Positions 26,817 to 41,375 are shown, counted from the first letter of the stretch. The stretch: DNA of 64,000 nt from Chrysomallon squamiferum (GCA_012295275.1 CM022675.1:13082001-13146000), one strand, 5' to 3'. Numbers and translations: made by a program. The notes: generated from the letters alone by a model not told the origin.

Positions 26817-27016
26817 NNNNNNNNNNNNNNNNNNNNNNNNNNNNNNNNNNNNNNNNNNNNNNNNNNNNNNNNNNNNNNNNNNNNNNNNNNNNNNNNNNNN
26901 NNNNNNNNNNNNNNNNNNNNNNNNNNNNNNNNNNNNNNNNNNNNNNNNNNNNNNNNNNNNNNNNNNNNNNNNNNNNNNNNNNNNNNNNNNNNNNNNNNNN
27001 NNNNNNNNNNNNNNNN
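26817..27016. other. Assembly gap (200 N)
   Basis: Run of exactly 200 N, a typical scaffolding placeholder; true size and adjacency are unknown. Confidence 0.99.
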
Positions 27017-27227
27017 TAATAATATCACATATATGTATGTATTTATCTAAATATACATCTCTATACAAAACTATGCTGTGAATCCAAGTGCATATGTATA
27101 TGGATGGGTATATAAATACATACACAAAGACACAGATGCATACGTATTTATGTGCATATACATACACACAAACACACATCCATATATACCCATGATCAGA
27201 CATGCTGTTTTGGGGCATTGTATTTTT

Positions 27228-27440
27228 AAATTAAATTAAATTAAATTAAATTAAATTAAATTATATTTTATTTTATTTTATTTTATTTTATTTTATTTTA
27301 TTTTATTTTATTTTATTTTATTACTTTACTTTACTTTACTTTACTTTACTTTACTTTACTTTACTTTACTTTAGTTTACTTTATTTTATTTTATTTTATT
27401 TTATTTTATTTTTTATTTTTTTATTTTTTATTTTTTTATT
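27228..27440. repeat. Compound pentanucleotide microsatellite (TTAAA)n(TTTTA)n(TTTAC)n
   Basis: Direct reading. Confidence 0.9.
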
Positions 27441-27676
27441 GTCTGTGTTTATATAATAGGCCGATGATGTTTCTCTATTGTTATGGTGGCAAATAAGTCA
27501 AAAAATCAGAACTAGAACTAATTGATAACAGCAAAAATCTGTTATAAATTTCTGAATGTTACCTTCACATTTGTCTCCAACTTTCCTGTATCCAGAACGA
27601 CATGAACATGAATAACTTCCAGCAGAATTCTCACAGATTTGATCACATCTACTTGTAGTTGTGTAACATTCATCAA

Positions 27677-27830
27677 TATCTGTCATAACAATTATATTTA
27701 AATAATAGTAACTATAATATATCTGTTATAACAAAATTTATAATTAATTCAGATATAACAATGTCTGTCATAACAGATTTATAATTAATAACTGATTTTT
27801 TTAAAAATATCTCTGAGATAAGCGTGTTGT
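27677..27830. repeat. ~42-bp degenerate tandem repeat containing the cbEGF-exon splice acceptor
   Basis: AT(A/G)TCTGT(C/T)ATAACA at 27677, 27719, 27761, and a degenerate copy at ~27807. Confidence 0.6.
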
Positions 27831-28061
27831 AATTAATAATAGTTTTATACTGATATATGATGTTATAATAAATAAACGTTTATGTTGTCTAGATACATGA
27901 ACATTTTCCATTCTTCTTCTCTTCATATAAATATTTATGGACAGATGATAAGAATATTTTCTATTCTTCTCTGTTCATTATATAATTAAATATTTCTATT
28001 GTAAGATCTGTACAGTTCTGTCCAGTAATACACGGTTTCTCTTCACAGGCATCGTAATCTT

Positions 28062-28425
28062 CAGAACAGTTGTCTCCTGCAAATACAAGTTTTACTTGCA
28101 ATTACAAACATTGTAATCTACAGAACAGTTGTCTCCTGCAAATACAAGTTTTACTTGTAATTACAAACATTGTAATCTACAGAACAGTTGTCTCCTGAAA
28201 ATACAAGTTTTACTTGTAATTACAAACATTGTAATCTACAGAACAGTTGTCTCCTGCAAATACAAGTTTTACTTGTAATTACAAACATTGTAATCTACAG
28301 AACAGTTGTCTTCTGCAAATACAAGTTTTACTTGTAATTACAAACATTTTAATCTACAGAACTGTTGTGTCTGGAAGATGCATGTTTTATTTGTAATTAC
28401 AAACATTACAATCTATAGAACAATA
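28062..28425. repeat. 59-bp minisatellite, ~6 copies, spanning a splice acceptor
   Basis: Unit CAGAACAGTTGTCTCCTGCAAATACAAGTTTTACTTGTAATTACAAACATTGTAATCTA starting at 28062, 28121, 28180, 28239, 28298, 28357. Confidence 0.95.
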
Positions 28426-29286
28426 AACATAAATGAGGTCCAGATGTAAAGAAATATATATGAATAATCAAGTTAACTGTCAATTGAACTATAGCTATAC
28501 TGATATTAACAAATAATCTAAATATATTCTGCATGTTTCTAAGGTAATTTTTCATTTTTTGTTTTATCCATCCAAATGTTAACAACGAAGTGTAAAAAAG
28601 CAAAAGAAAACATATTGTAGTCCTGATGTTCTGTCTACACAATGAACAGATTTGCTTTACATTTCCTCAAAAAGTGGAATGAGGTCACGTCTCTGGTTAT
28701 AAAGGGGCAAAATGCGGCATGCAGATGTCTTGTATCACTACTATTTCAGTATAATACTTTGTTATGCACGATGGTAAGACGTTGAAAACAGAGAAATGGT
28801 AACTTGGAAGTAGGAACAACTACATTTATTCATATGGGCACAGGCTGATTTTAAGACACTTGTATTTTCATTGTATCATCTGACTCGGTGTATTACATCA
28901 TTCAGTTTTGATTACCGAGCCACACATTAAAAGGAAGATATCAATTAAAAGGTTTTCATAAGAAAACAACACCAATTAATCTGATAATGTGAGTAGAGCA
29001 CTTGTCTAAATTATAAAAAACGTAGGACAAAATATCCTACTGTTAAAATATCTTAACTTCTCATCTAATCATTTCACCAACCTGTCCAGCCTGTGAAACA
29101 TTCACACGACACTACTTGGAAAGCATCGTCATAGTCAGTTTTATCTTCAGTTGTACGTGGTTCGTTAAAAACACATTTTCCATGACCATTGCAACCATCA
29201 CAAATACGAGTTACCACCTGGTAAACTGCGGAATATGCTCCTTTAGAATCCTTCACAACAAACCTGCGAAAGAAAACATAATAATA

Positions 29287-29320
<34 letters not shown>

Positions 29321-29689
29321 TAACAAAATGCCTCAGCTATGGGAAAATCATTTCTCGTAATTATTACGTAATTTGTTTCTAATTCAGTCTGTTTGGAGAA
29401 AGAAATCATAGAGACAACTGAACTGTCTCAGAGAAAGAAAATAAAATGACAAATTACTGAAGTACTCGACACATTTTTTACTAAGACAAAAGAGTATCTC
29501 AGAGATGATTAACAAACGATAGAGATAACCAAATAGTGAAATTCTCTTTTACAGTGAGCAGCACGAAATACTTGCATCGCACCTTCCCACAGACAGCATG
29601 AATAAAAACAGTGAAAAACCAGTTAGAGCTGCTGCATGAATAACCTTGTGGGGATAGCACTCATACCAGAATTACTCTTATAATTACTA

Positions 29690-30030
29690 TAGTGTAATGT
29701 CAGATACTAATTACTGCATTGTAATGTCAGATATCAGTATAGAACTGTTATTAATTATGACACTGTAATGTCAGAGATTAATATAAAACTGTGATTAATT
29801 GTAACACTGTAATGTCAGATAACAATATAAAATAGTTATTAATTACTGCCTTGTAATGTCAGATATCGATTGAAAACTTATTAAGTGTGATATGGTAATG
29901 TCAGATATCAATATAAAACTGTTATTAATTGTAACGTTGAAATATCAGATATCAATATAAAAGTTATTATTTACTGCATTGTAATGTCAGATACCAATAT
30001 AAAACTGTTATTAATTATAACACTGATATA
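29690..30030. repeat. ~44-bp intronic minisatellite (GTAATGTCAGATATCAATATAAAACTGTTATTAATT...), ~8 copies
   Basis: GTAATGTCAGA recurs at ~29694, 29721, 29765, 29809, 29853, 29895, 29981. Confidence 0.85.
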
Positions 30031-31564
30031 AATAAGTCCAAGTCCAAATCTCTAACAATTTTCTGAATACTAGTCTGTCACTTGATAAAAATAAATGCAT
30101 TTAGTAAAAACAGACATAAAAAACAGTCATAAATAGAATTTAATTACCTCAGACTCATGGGTTCTAAACTGTTTGATTTGACTGAAACCTCTCCAGTCTC
30201 GTTATGTAAGTTTAACGTCGTGGAGTTAGGTGTTGTACCAATGAACTCATATGTGAGTCGATCGTTGTCTCCATCAGAAGCAAACACTCGGAAAGAGGTT
30301 ACTTTTGTTGTAACAAGATCTATAGCTTTTGTGTTATTTTCAGCAATGACTGGAATGGAATTAGCTGAAAATTTAAAAACAAAAATAATAATAATAATAT
30401 TATAAATAAAGGAAAGCTAAAGGAAGTGATCTAAGTGTGTGTGTGTGTGTGTTCAATAGAAGCAGTATTCCTAAGAAAGCAAATAACTAGCAGAAGCAAT
30501 ACTTAGTCAAATATAGCAAAATTAGTATTATTCTAAGAAAAGTAAAGAGCAAATAGAAAGAATACTAATACAAAATTCGTGTAACATACGTATATATAGA
30601 TATAGATATATATTTCAAGATAAATTGTGTATTCAAGTGTTAATCTGATTTTTGTTTTCTTAGTAATTTCAAATCTGTCAGTGAAGTTTCATGTTTTTAA
30701 TAAATAACTTTTGATATCCAAAAAATAACAAATACATAAATAAATGAACACAGAAATATATAAATCAATAAGAAAGTAAGTAAGTAAGTAAATTAATAAA
30801 TAAAACGAATACAAGAAAAAAAGAAAATGCTCTATGTACCTATGTGTATGTGTGTGTGTGTGTGTGATGGTAACCAGACGTTTTATTCTAAACAGGACAG
30901 CATACACCACACGTTTTGGAGCAATATTTGGAACGGGAAAAGCAATACATTGAAATTATTACCAAGTTCAGCTTGACTCTCGTCAGACGCTGTTTTCTTT
31001 TGCTTTGTTGCATTGGCGACCTCTGAACTTCCGGTTGCCAGGTAGTCGAATACGCAGGCTATATTTTCTTCTCCTCCGCAGACTTTGTTTGCTTCTTCTC
31101 TCCGAGACTGTTCTACCTGATCCAGAAACACTGGTGTGAAGTTGCGGAAGTTGTAATCGTCAGCGCTCTCTCTCAGTCCGTATCGAAGTAGTGATTGGTT
31201 TGCTGTGATCATCCCTGTCACGAAAAATAAAGAATTCAATTCTTCTATTTCTTGAAATGAACAGGCGTTTAAAATTCCAAAAAAAAATAAAAAAAATAAA
31301 ATAAAATAAAATAATAATAATAATAAATAAATAAATAAATAAATAAATAAAAAAATAAATAAATAAATAAATTTAATATGTTCTCAGTTAATTAACTTAA
31401 TTAATCCCTTAAAAAATTAATAAGTAAATAAACAAGAAATAGTAAAGAAAGAAAAACAAAGAAATAACATAAAAGAAGCAAGTAAATTAGTAAATAAAGA
31501 ACCAAACAAGAAAAGATGAAGAGAATAATAAAAAGAAAAAAGAAAGAAAGAAAGAAAAAGAATA

Positions 31565-31597
<33 letters not shown>

Positions 31598-33269
31598 AAA
31601 AGACAGAAAGGTTTATACAGAATCAGTGTCTTTTAGAACACCTCAAATCACATCAAGAAAATCTACCTACATGTTTGTCCATAATGAAAAATCTGCTCTT
31701 CAGATGAAGTACTGGGTAGTATAGTTCCATTTGGGAAGACAAAATCATTTTCCTTATCCCCATCAAAGTTTCCAAGCAAGCCTCTTGTTTTTTTCTTATA
31801 TTTCGTGCTTATAGAAACATCTATAGTCAGTAGTTTTGCACCCTTTGTAACAGAAAACGAGTTGCCTGCAAAAGGATAAAAAATAAAACAATTTTATTTT
31901 ATTTTAGTTTGTTATTTTTTAGATAATATATCGCTGAAAGAGAATAAAAGATGAAACTGTATGTCTTACGTTTGTATCTCTGTTACTATCTGTCTGTCTA
32001 TCTTTCATGCACAAGTATTACATTTTTTCTAATGTATTTTATGCACGCACATACACCACAGTATTTATACCGTGAATACCGTTATTAGTCATGTTTATTT
32101 GGACTAGATCACACCTATTTTTATCAGAAGTAATCTGGTTTCTTTTCTTTTCATTGTTTGTTTGTTTCTTTTCTTCTTTTTCTTCTTCTTCTTTTTCTTT
32201 TTGTATACATTGTTTTATTCATTTATTTATTATTATTATTATTATATCATCATCATCATTCATCATCATCATCATTCATTTATTTATTATTTATTTATTT
32301 ATTTTTATTATTTTTTATTATTATTTGTTTAAACATATTTTTTTATTTATAATAAAAATACTTGTTTATAAACGTCACCTGATGGGAAGGCTACAATAAG
32401 ATCGCCTTGAGGACTTTTTGTTATTGTCAGGGTAGAAAGTTTTGGGTCAGTGATAAACGAATTCTCATCCTCGGGATCATTGTCCTCAAACAGCTTGGTG
32501 TAGTCTTTCATAGAACCATCATCGTCATTTCCGTATACGTACATTTCTGTAATATATTAATATCATTTAATATAATATATATGTATGTACAAGTGTATAG
32601 ATATATATATAGACATGCATGTAAATTAAAACATTGTTATATATTATTAAACATAACATATATTGTTAGAGTCTTCAGATGTTAGTTTTATCGTGAACAA
32701 GTCGATTGTTGAATGCAGCTCGTTTTACCCTCGCTGAAGTACGGCATTCTAAACTTCGCGTGATAAAAATGATACCTTTATACAGTAACCAGTTAAGTTA
32801 TTCAATATGTATATACTGAATATTAATATTAATAACATTTGAAATAGCAAAAATACATATGTTACATGATATGTAATAAATAAACTAATACTTTTTAATA
32901 TGACAAATATATCATATTTAAAATACAGTTTGTATATTAATAGAATTATTATTTAATATAACTAATACATATATCTGTAAAACACAATATTAGTTATATT
33001 AAAATAAAAAATAAATAAATAATAGACTGTTGGTAAATATTATGTTTAATAAAAGTAACGACTTCAGTAAACTGTACGACTGTAATTACATGAATAACAA
33101 GAAAAATGTTTAGTAGACATTTATTATAAAGAACACCTCCATTTAAATAAAACAATCTATTCAGGACACAAGGATATTTTATAAACATTTATGGGAATTT
33201 GTTTTGAAGATTCACCAGTTTTTAGAATATTAGATATGCTTCTTCTGATAGCTGTGTTTTTTTCTATTT

Positions 33270-33335
33270 TAGCTCAGTTGTGAGACTACAGTACTCACTG
33301 TGAAAGTCTGGGTTCAACTCCACTCAGTGGAAACT
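33270..33335 (+). mobile_element. Degenerate tRNA-derived head (SINE fragment or tRNA pseudogene)
   Basis: A-box-like TAGCTCAGTTG (33270-33280) and B-box-like GGTTCAACTCC (33311-33321); no acceptor stem recoverable. Confidence 0.4.
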
Positions 33336-33735
33336 TAAATGTTAAAATAAGTTCTAGAAAATATCATCTTACTTGTCTTGTCTGGCGAGAGCTCGACTTG
33401 GAACTTTGACTTGCTCTTCTCCTTGGCAGCAAAAGCAGTGAAAATGGTGGCCTCTGTCGTTGTACCATTGGCTGTTTCGGCCCTGAGCTGTCCTTGCCTG
33501 AAGGTCAAGGGTCATGTTGCCGTCTGCTATGGAAATCAAGGTATATTCTCCATGGCCGTTGAAAATGAAAGTTCTTCCATCAAGTGTAGTTATGTGAGGA
33601 TCTCCGAAACCTCCTCCTGTACAGAAAATGAAGAAAAAAAAAAAAAAATAATAATAATAATAATAATAATAAAATAAAAAATAATTAATAAAAATTCATT
33701 CAAAATTATTATAATATTATAAATATTCTTTTTCA

Positions 33736-33930
33736 TTATAAATTCTAATCGTCAAACGAACTGAAATTTCTATATATCGATAAATTAAAACAAAATATTA
33801 AATGTTTTTTATAATTATAAATTCTAATTGTCAAATGAACTGAAATTTCTACACAGCGAGTAAGTAAAACAAGATTAAAAACGTTGCTTATATTGTCGAA
33901 TTATAACTTTAACGAACTGAAATTTCACTG
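33736..33930. repeat. ~79-bp tandem repeat, ~2.5 copies, next to the AMOP-exon donor
   Basis: ATTATAAATTCTAAT.GTCAAA.GAACTGAAATTTC occurs twice in full, plus a third AACGAACTGAAATTTC. Confidence 0.75.
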
Positions 33931-35226
33931 GTATTTAAAAGACAAACCTTGTAGGAAGACGGCTGTAGATGAACAAGTTCCAGTTGGTCGTAGACTGTGA
34001 AATTTGTCGCACAGATTGGACTTCAGACAACAGAAGTAATAACCCCAGTAATCATACATGATGTGACGATTCCAGCTGAACCACTGGTGATAGCGATAAG
34101 CGTATCCAGCCTGTAGACCGCTTGAAACAAACCTGCCGTTTTGATAACAACAACTCTGTAAAAGATGTGAAAGAAAACAGCATTATAAAGAGTTTTTCAA
34201 ATAAAGAATGGGTATTTTCAGAATTGTTTTAATTAAAAAAAGTAATTGTAGATGATAATGATGATCATGATCATGATTCTAAAACATGAATTTTAATATA
34301 TTGTAGACAGTTATGTTTCAGAAGAGAGATATTCATAATAATGGATGAGTAACCACACAGAATGTTTTATATTTATTAAAAACTACAATATATTTCACTG
34401 GTATATTATATGTTTCGCTTGTATACTAATATATTATTTATGTTTAATGACATTAGCATAGTTTCTGTCTACACTAAATATACACAAAATATAATTAGTA
34501 AAAACTACAATATCTCTTATTTGTTTTTATAATTTATCCATGATTCATATCGATGATATTGAGATAGGATAACAACACTAATTATGCGCAGTATGTGTTA
34601 TTATTATTAAAAACTGCACTATGTCCTGCTGGGTTTTTTTTTTTTTTGTGGTTTGTTTAGCACATTCATTATTTATATTTAAAGACATTTAAACGTCTCA
34701 ACAACGCATGTACTATCTTATCTCGGGTTACAAATTAAGACATCACCTACCTTCCCCATCGGAATGAAATCCAGATTGTAGTTAAGCGTCGTACAACGAA
34801 GTCCTCCGGTGTAACCCCAAATTGATCTCCATCGCCGATCAAACCACAGCCGTCTTGTACTGCATGGACATTTAGGCAGGTCATCAAAAACTGCTTGTTG
34901 GAAATGTAATCAGGTTCATAGGAAGCATACCAGTTCAAACATTTCTGAGAAAAACTCTGAACATATCCAACACGAAATATGTAAAACCCAGTCTGACCTG
35001 TGACAAAGTAATCATAAATAATGACCAGTGCTTCACTTTAATGTTTGTATTAAATATACACATATTTAACTACATATCTGAAGATTTCGAAACTTGAAAC
35101 AAGATTAAAAGGTTATAGTAAATAAAACTAACAATAATAAAAAGGTTAAAATAACTTGATGGTCGTAAATGTTCTTATTTATTTGTTTCTACGAAAGTAA
35201 ATATGATTAATTTATATTATATTTCC

Positions 35227-35311
<85 letters not shown>

Positions 35312-38239
35312 TTCTTTAATTATTATTTTTTAATATCAATTATTCATTTTTTATTACTTATTATTTCTGTTTTGTTATCGCTGTCTTTGTTGTCGTTGCT
35401 ACTGTGGTCGTCGACATTGTTGTTATGACGTTTACTATATATTAGACGTCTTACCACGTGTTCCTCCAATGTTTTCGCGTGTGTACGCACCACGAGTACG
35501 TGACACTGAAACTGTTCTGGAATTGCTGTTTTCTCCGTAGCCAATGATAATTGGATCTGAGCTGAGCTTCCAGTGCAGTTCATTGTATATGTACATCGCA
35601 TATGTTGTCTCTCCATCCGTTACTACTACTGTTTGAAAAGTCACATACTGAATAGGAAAATAGATAATAATTATATATTGCTATGGAAATATATCCGATC
35701 AGTAAATAAGTAATATAATAGAATTTAATATCCCATTTACTACAGAAGTTATTTCAATTTGTGAGTTTTTAATCAGTTATCATTATTTATTTTTTTTTTT
35801 TTTTTTTTTTTTTTTAATGAAATCAAGGCAGACGTATCCACGGAATCACTGATCAGATATTTGATGAAGCTGAACAAAGAAACTGTCCTAAAACAAACTC
35901 TTTATCCATAAAGGAAAAACCAACAAATAAAAAAAATAAAAAATAAAAATAAAAATAAAAAAATAAAAACAGCAAAGACAAACAAAGAAACAAAAACAAA
36001 CAAACATACAAATAAATAAATAAACATCTGGGAATGACTGAAATATTTTTTACTAAAAGTTACCAAATCTCAGAAAAGCTTTCTTACCTCCTTGCTTGGA
36101 TTCGTCGATCCATATTTGGGCACTCTGTACCACGTGACAACAAGAACCTGTGATGCGTCAAATTTTGATTCGCTGCTGAAATCAACAACATCTGCATTGG
36201 CTCGATTTAAAACATTCAGTGTTTCATTGTCTTTTGCGTTGTTTTTATCAAACAGTTGATATTTTATTTCTCCAGATTCTGAGGCGTCTACGTCGGCACA
36301 GTACGGACACAAAACACTGCGTCGATTAGGCGGGAAGTCCATTTCTGCAGGATTGAATTTTCTTCCAAAACTCACAACCCCGTTACTGCCGATCTGGAGA
36401 GATGAAAAATAAAACACGTCGATTTTTATTTCACGTGCAAACAGTGATGAAAAGGCAGGAGTACATAGCTGGTGTGAAGTGACCTACTTTTTTAGTTTTC
36501 AGTTTCTGTCCAGTATCTATACTAGTATACAGTCAGAGACGTTAATTAGCTAACCTCTGTTACGTTTCTATAAATTAAAAATAATGTGCTTACTTTCTAT
36601 AACTGTGCTAGAATATTTTACGCAGCTGACATAAACAACACACAGAAAGGATGGCCCGAACAGAATTAAAATTTCCCTCCCTGAACATTTACTTTAATGT
36701 GTTTAATTATAAGAAGGAAATATCATTTACTGAAAATGTAACTTGATGTACACTTTATTTAGTTGTGAAATGATTGTGTTAATAAACTAGCATTACAGTA
36801 AATTAACCTGCTCGGAGATACCAATAATCAAAAACACAAATTTTCTTTAATGAATTAATGATTTTTACACGATCTAGAATTTGTTACGGTAGCCTAAATT
36901 AATTGATGATTAAATATGATTTTCTATTATCTGCACTCAAAAACAAAATGTATTTTCAAATTTCAAAAGAATTTCTGACGGAAATTTCCTCCTTCCCAAA
37001 TTTACCCTCAGGGTCTTTGTACAACCCCTGGTTTTCATCACTGCTTCAATCTTGAACATATAATATACTGGAAAAGCACTCGTAGTTACAGAACGAACCA
37101 GTTAAAAATGTGTGTTTTCTTCCTTGCGATTGCAAACAGAAGACGACTTGACATAAGTTAACGGTGTATGATCATAAGCACGGAAATGAAAAATTTTAAA
37201 AAGATGAGGAAAACAAACCTTGAATCCAATCAGATAAAATCATTCAAATTTTGACTCGTAAAAATGTCTTTAAAACAATACTTTAAAAATAATCGAATGC
37301 CGCCATTTTAACGTTCACATCTAGAGTAATTACGTCATTGCTTGCATGATTGACTCGTGGTTGATTTCCCACTGCACATGATATAAATTTCAGAGTCAGG
37401 GGGACCAAACTGTACACGATCACGTGACGAGTATATAAGAACTGATAGCGCCCTGTACTGTTCTATTGTTAAATAAATAAAAATAAAAATTAAAAAAATT
37501 AAAACTTAGAAAAATAAAAAAAAAAAAAAAAAATAATAAATAAAAAAAAAAAAAATAAAAAAAAAAAAAAATAAATAAATAAATAAGCAAACAAATCTAA
37601 TCTGGAAATAAGCGCATATTTACACTGTATCTTCGAATGACGAATGTCACGTTAATAAATATACTTACATAAATCTTCTTCTGCATCCTCTGGTAAAATG
37701 GTATTCCTGAATTAAGAGTCATTCTCACAGTTACATCATCACCGCTGTCCATTTTGGTTGCTTGAGAGTGTGGATACAGCTCTGTAATCACAAAATGTAC
37801 ATTCACAGATACAGTACTGTCTGTTCAGGATGAGTATGATACTAATAGAAGCGATTCAATCGCATACCTTCTATTCATCTGCACAAGTACGAACACAGAT
37901 AAATATTTATTCAGTCAAATAAGGACACATACAGAAACACACACACATACACACATACGCACACACACACATATATTCCATATTTGTGTAAACTTACATA
38001 TAGATATACACATACACACATTCACATATATATGCATACACACACACATACATATATACATACAAACATGCACCCATACATACATGCATACATAAGAATA
38101 TTCAAATATACATATATACATATTTGCCAGTGTTAGGTTTCCCACAAAAAATAGATGCACGCAAAACTGACGAAGAACAATGAACGGTGTGCCTCGTAGG
38201 AAGTGATGATTACACACGGTTACTGAGCAACTTTTTTAG

Positions 38240-38490
38240 GGTTGACTCGATGGCTCAATGGTAACATCGTTATCCTTCCGAGTGCGGGCGAATAAGTGTC
38301 ATACGTTCGAGTCTCGTCAGCGGCATCTGACGGGTTTGTCAGGTCGTGATTGGACTTTGTCCTCCTGCGCCAGTGCGTTCCCGAATATCATCTATGTGCG
38401 GAGTCTAATCAGACGTACGTAAGACAGAAAAGTTTGAAAATCCTAAACTACAAACACATAAATGCATACATACTATACGCACATACATAC
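38240..38490 (+). mobile_element. tRNA-derived SINE, near full-length
   Basis: Pol III A box TGGCTCAATGG (38251-38261), B box GTTCGAGTC (38305-38313), body shared with a second copy at 42566, CATA-rich tail. Confidence 0.8.
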
Positions 38491-38639
38491 AGATACCTAC
38501 TCCAAAAACAAGCCCATTCGTTTGGATTCCAGACGTATGGATCATCACAGCCGCATTCGAAACCATCATCCAACTCAACACAACGAACATGATCACCAGT
38601 ACAATTGTTCAGACTGGCATCAGAACACTGATCTGTCAA

Positions 38640-38680
<41 letters not shown>

Positions 38681-39754
38681 TGAAGATAATAATAATAATA
38701 AGGTATGTATGAATGTAGTGAAGAACGTATTTAGATAAGAATGCACACATGCACGCACACGCACGCACACACACACACACACACATATGTTAACTTGCCT
38801 ACCTCCGTCTGCTTCTCTGTGGAGCCTGGAATTACCGATGTCAACATCGAGTAGATTGATGTCGAAAGGAAGATTTGTGTCGTACGAATCGAGGTTCTCG
38901 GTTATGTCTAAAAAAAACAACAACAAAAAAACAAAAAAAAAAAAATAAATAAAAAAAAAAAAAAAAAATAAATAATAACAAAATAAAATAAAATGTAAAT
39001 GCGATATAATAAATAAAAAAAAATATGTTAAGTAAATAAATTAATATAATAAATAAAGAGTAATAAATATATATAAATATATATATATATATATATGTTT
39101 AACGTTTATTAACAGACTATGGAACGTGTTATACAAACCTTGTGTTAAGACCAGAGAGTCGAAAACCAACACAGCAAACACAACCATCAGCCATATTGTT
39201 TTCTTCCTGTTAGGAAATAAGTTGTTAGCTGAAAATAAAAAAAAAAAAAAAGAAAGAAAGAAAGAAAGAAAAAAAAGATCAAATGTAATTAAGAAAATAA
39301 TATTATAAATTAAGTACAAATAAAATCGTTTAAAATACGAAGATCAACTATAATAATAATAATAATAATACAGGTGACTGTTAAAAAATAAAATTTTATT
39401 GGAGAAAACAATGGAAATGGCTGCTTTACATATGTGTCCGTTAAATCAGCTTTGGCTCTGTATGTATATATTTTGCGTTCTATGTATGTCATATTCTCTT
39501 CGCTTTTTTTTTCTCCAAGCTATAGTAACAAAATTCGAGATTCGAAAAAAAAAAAATATTAAAAACTAATAATAAAAAATAAAATTTAATAAAATAAAAA
39601 TCTTAGAACACAATGCTGAACATTTCATCTGATAAAATCATTTGTTGTCTATCTCTCTGACTCTCTCTGTTTCTTTCTTACCGTCTCTGTGTTTCTCAGT
39701 CTAATACTTTCTCTATCTCTGTCTGTCTGTTATTTTTTTCTCACTTACTAATAT

Positions 39755-39859
39755 CTTCTCTCTCTCTCTCCTCAGTACCACATTAACTTGTACACAACGT
39801 TGTTTAGGTGTACGTGTTTTGTTTATTGCTATCTTACTTCTCTTTATTTAAATTAAGTC

Positions 39860-39926
<67 letters not shown>

Positions 39927-40005
39927 ACAAAATTAACTTGTACAAAACGTTTAGGTTACATATTTTGTTTATTGTTATCTTACTTCTCTTTATTTAAATT
40001 TAATT
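39755..40005. repeat. ~150-bp tandem duplication with a (CT)n head
   Basis: CTCAGTAC.A.ATTAACTTGTACA.AACGTT...TTTTGTTTATTG.TATCTTACTTCTCTTTATTTAAATT occurs twice. Confidence 0.8.
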
Positions 40006-40944
40006 CTTTTCAGGTTTCTTGAGAACAGGTACAAATTCAGGTGATAAAATTTCACATGTAATGTCAACGTCCTTTCAAAAACAAAGGACGCTTTGAAAGG
40101 CATGGGTAAAGATGTCAAAAGTGAAAGAATCATTGATTAATTCATCCTTTATGAGTGAATCATCGTCATTTCCAGAATTTCTATCATTAATAATCATATT
40201 ATTAATAATCGTTATCATCAGCATAATTATTACAATTATCATTTGTTATCAATATTTCTTACACGAGCTGTGCATCCTTAGAAATAAAATCAGAAACGGT
40301 TAATTTAAGTCGTTCTGTGTGATTTCGACTTAATCTGGAGAATTAGTCATTAGCATCACTTACTTTCATTAATCTCAAATTTTAATCCGGATTCGTTGAC
40401 GAATCATGTGATTTTCAAATCTGGGCTGAGTAAACATTTAGTCATTTAAATCCATTTATCGACTTTTGTTATAATTAATTGTAAATCGTAAACTAGAAGG
40501 ATGAACATAGAGTAAAATATTTTCATTAATTTTCGTTTTTAATTAAAGATAATAAATAGAGAAAGAAAGAAACAATAAGAAGATGAATTAAAACAGAAAA
40601 AGAGAAACAAAGAAAGCAAAACAATAAAAAGAAAAAGAAACACGAAGTAAAAGATGAAGTATAAACTTAAAACTAATAAAGAAAGAAAGAAAGAAAGAAA
40701 GAAATGCCACGGAGCGAAACGAATGACCTTAAGAAAGATTTTCTCTTTAGGACGACAAACTGAAAATGTTGACAGCAAATTTTATCACCTGAGTTTTTGT
40801 TCCTTAGATATTTTTTGAGAAATCTAATAGCAGTGAGTGAAATCAAACACTGTTTTCATTCATAGCTTAACCTAAACCTTACAAAATAAGGTAACAATGA
40901 ACAAAAATATATATTATGTATATTTATAAAGAGAGGGAGGGAGG

Positions 40945-41042
<98 letters not shown>

Positions 41043-41375
41043 TTTATTTGTTTAATTATAATTTATTGGTAGGAGTGTAGAAAACGATTCCTTCAGCCTC
41101 AGTCACTGTATTTAGTTTGCTCTCAAAGCGCTGATTTAGTGTGTGACAAACTGAGGAGGAAGTTCAGTTACGGTTCAGTCGCTTTGTGTCTTTTTTTTTC
41201 TTTTTTTTGAGCGATGCATAATCTTATAATCTCGTACGTAGATCACAGACAAAATGGACGTATAAAAACTGAAAACTACATCTGTGCGCTAACCTGCCTA
41301 CATATCTACCTGATAAAGTCTTTAAAAATAAAATACAGAGAAAGAAAAGTGTAAATGGAATTTTTTATGTATGTG

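Noticed and set aside
26711-27218. ORFs spanning the N run
   Set aside because: Artefacts of translating the assembly gap
28062-28425. CRISPR-like regular array
   Set aside because: Head-to-tail identical units with no unique spacers, in a eukaryotic intron, with no cas genes
33481-34890. The -1 and +1 frameshifts might compensate each other and restore a full-length ORF
   Set aside because: The shifted frame hits TGA at 34025-34023 in the intervening exon
38244-38330. Functional tRNA gene
   Set aside because: A and B boxes are present but there is no cloverleaf or oligo-T terminator; it continues into a SINE body found again at 42566
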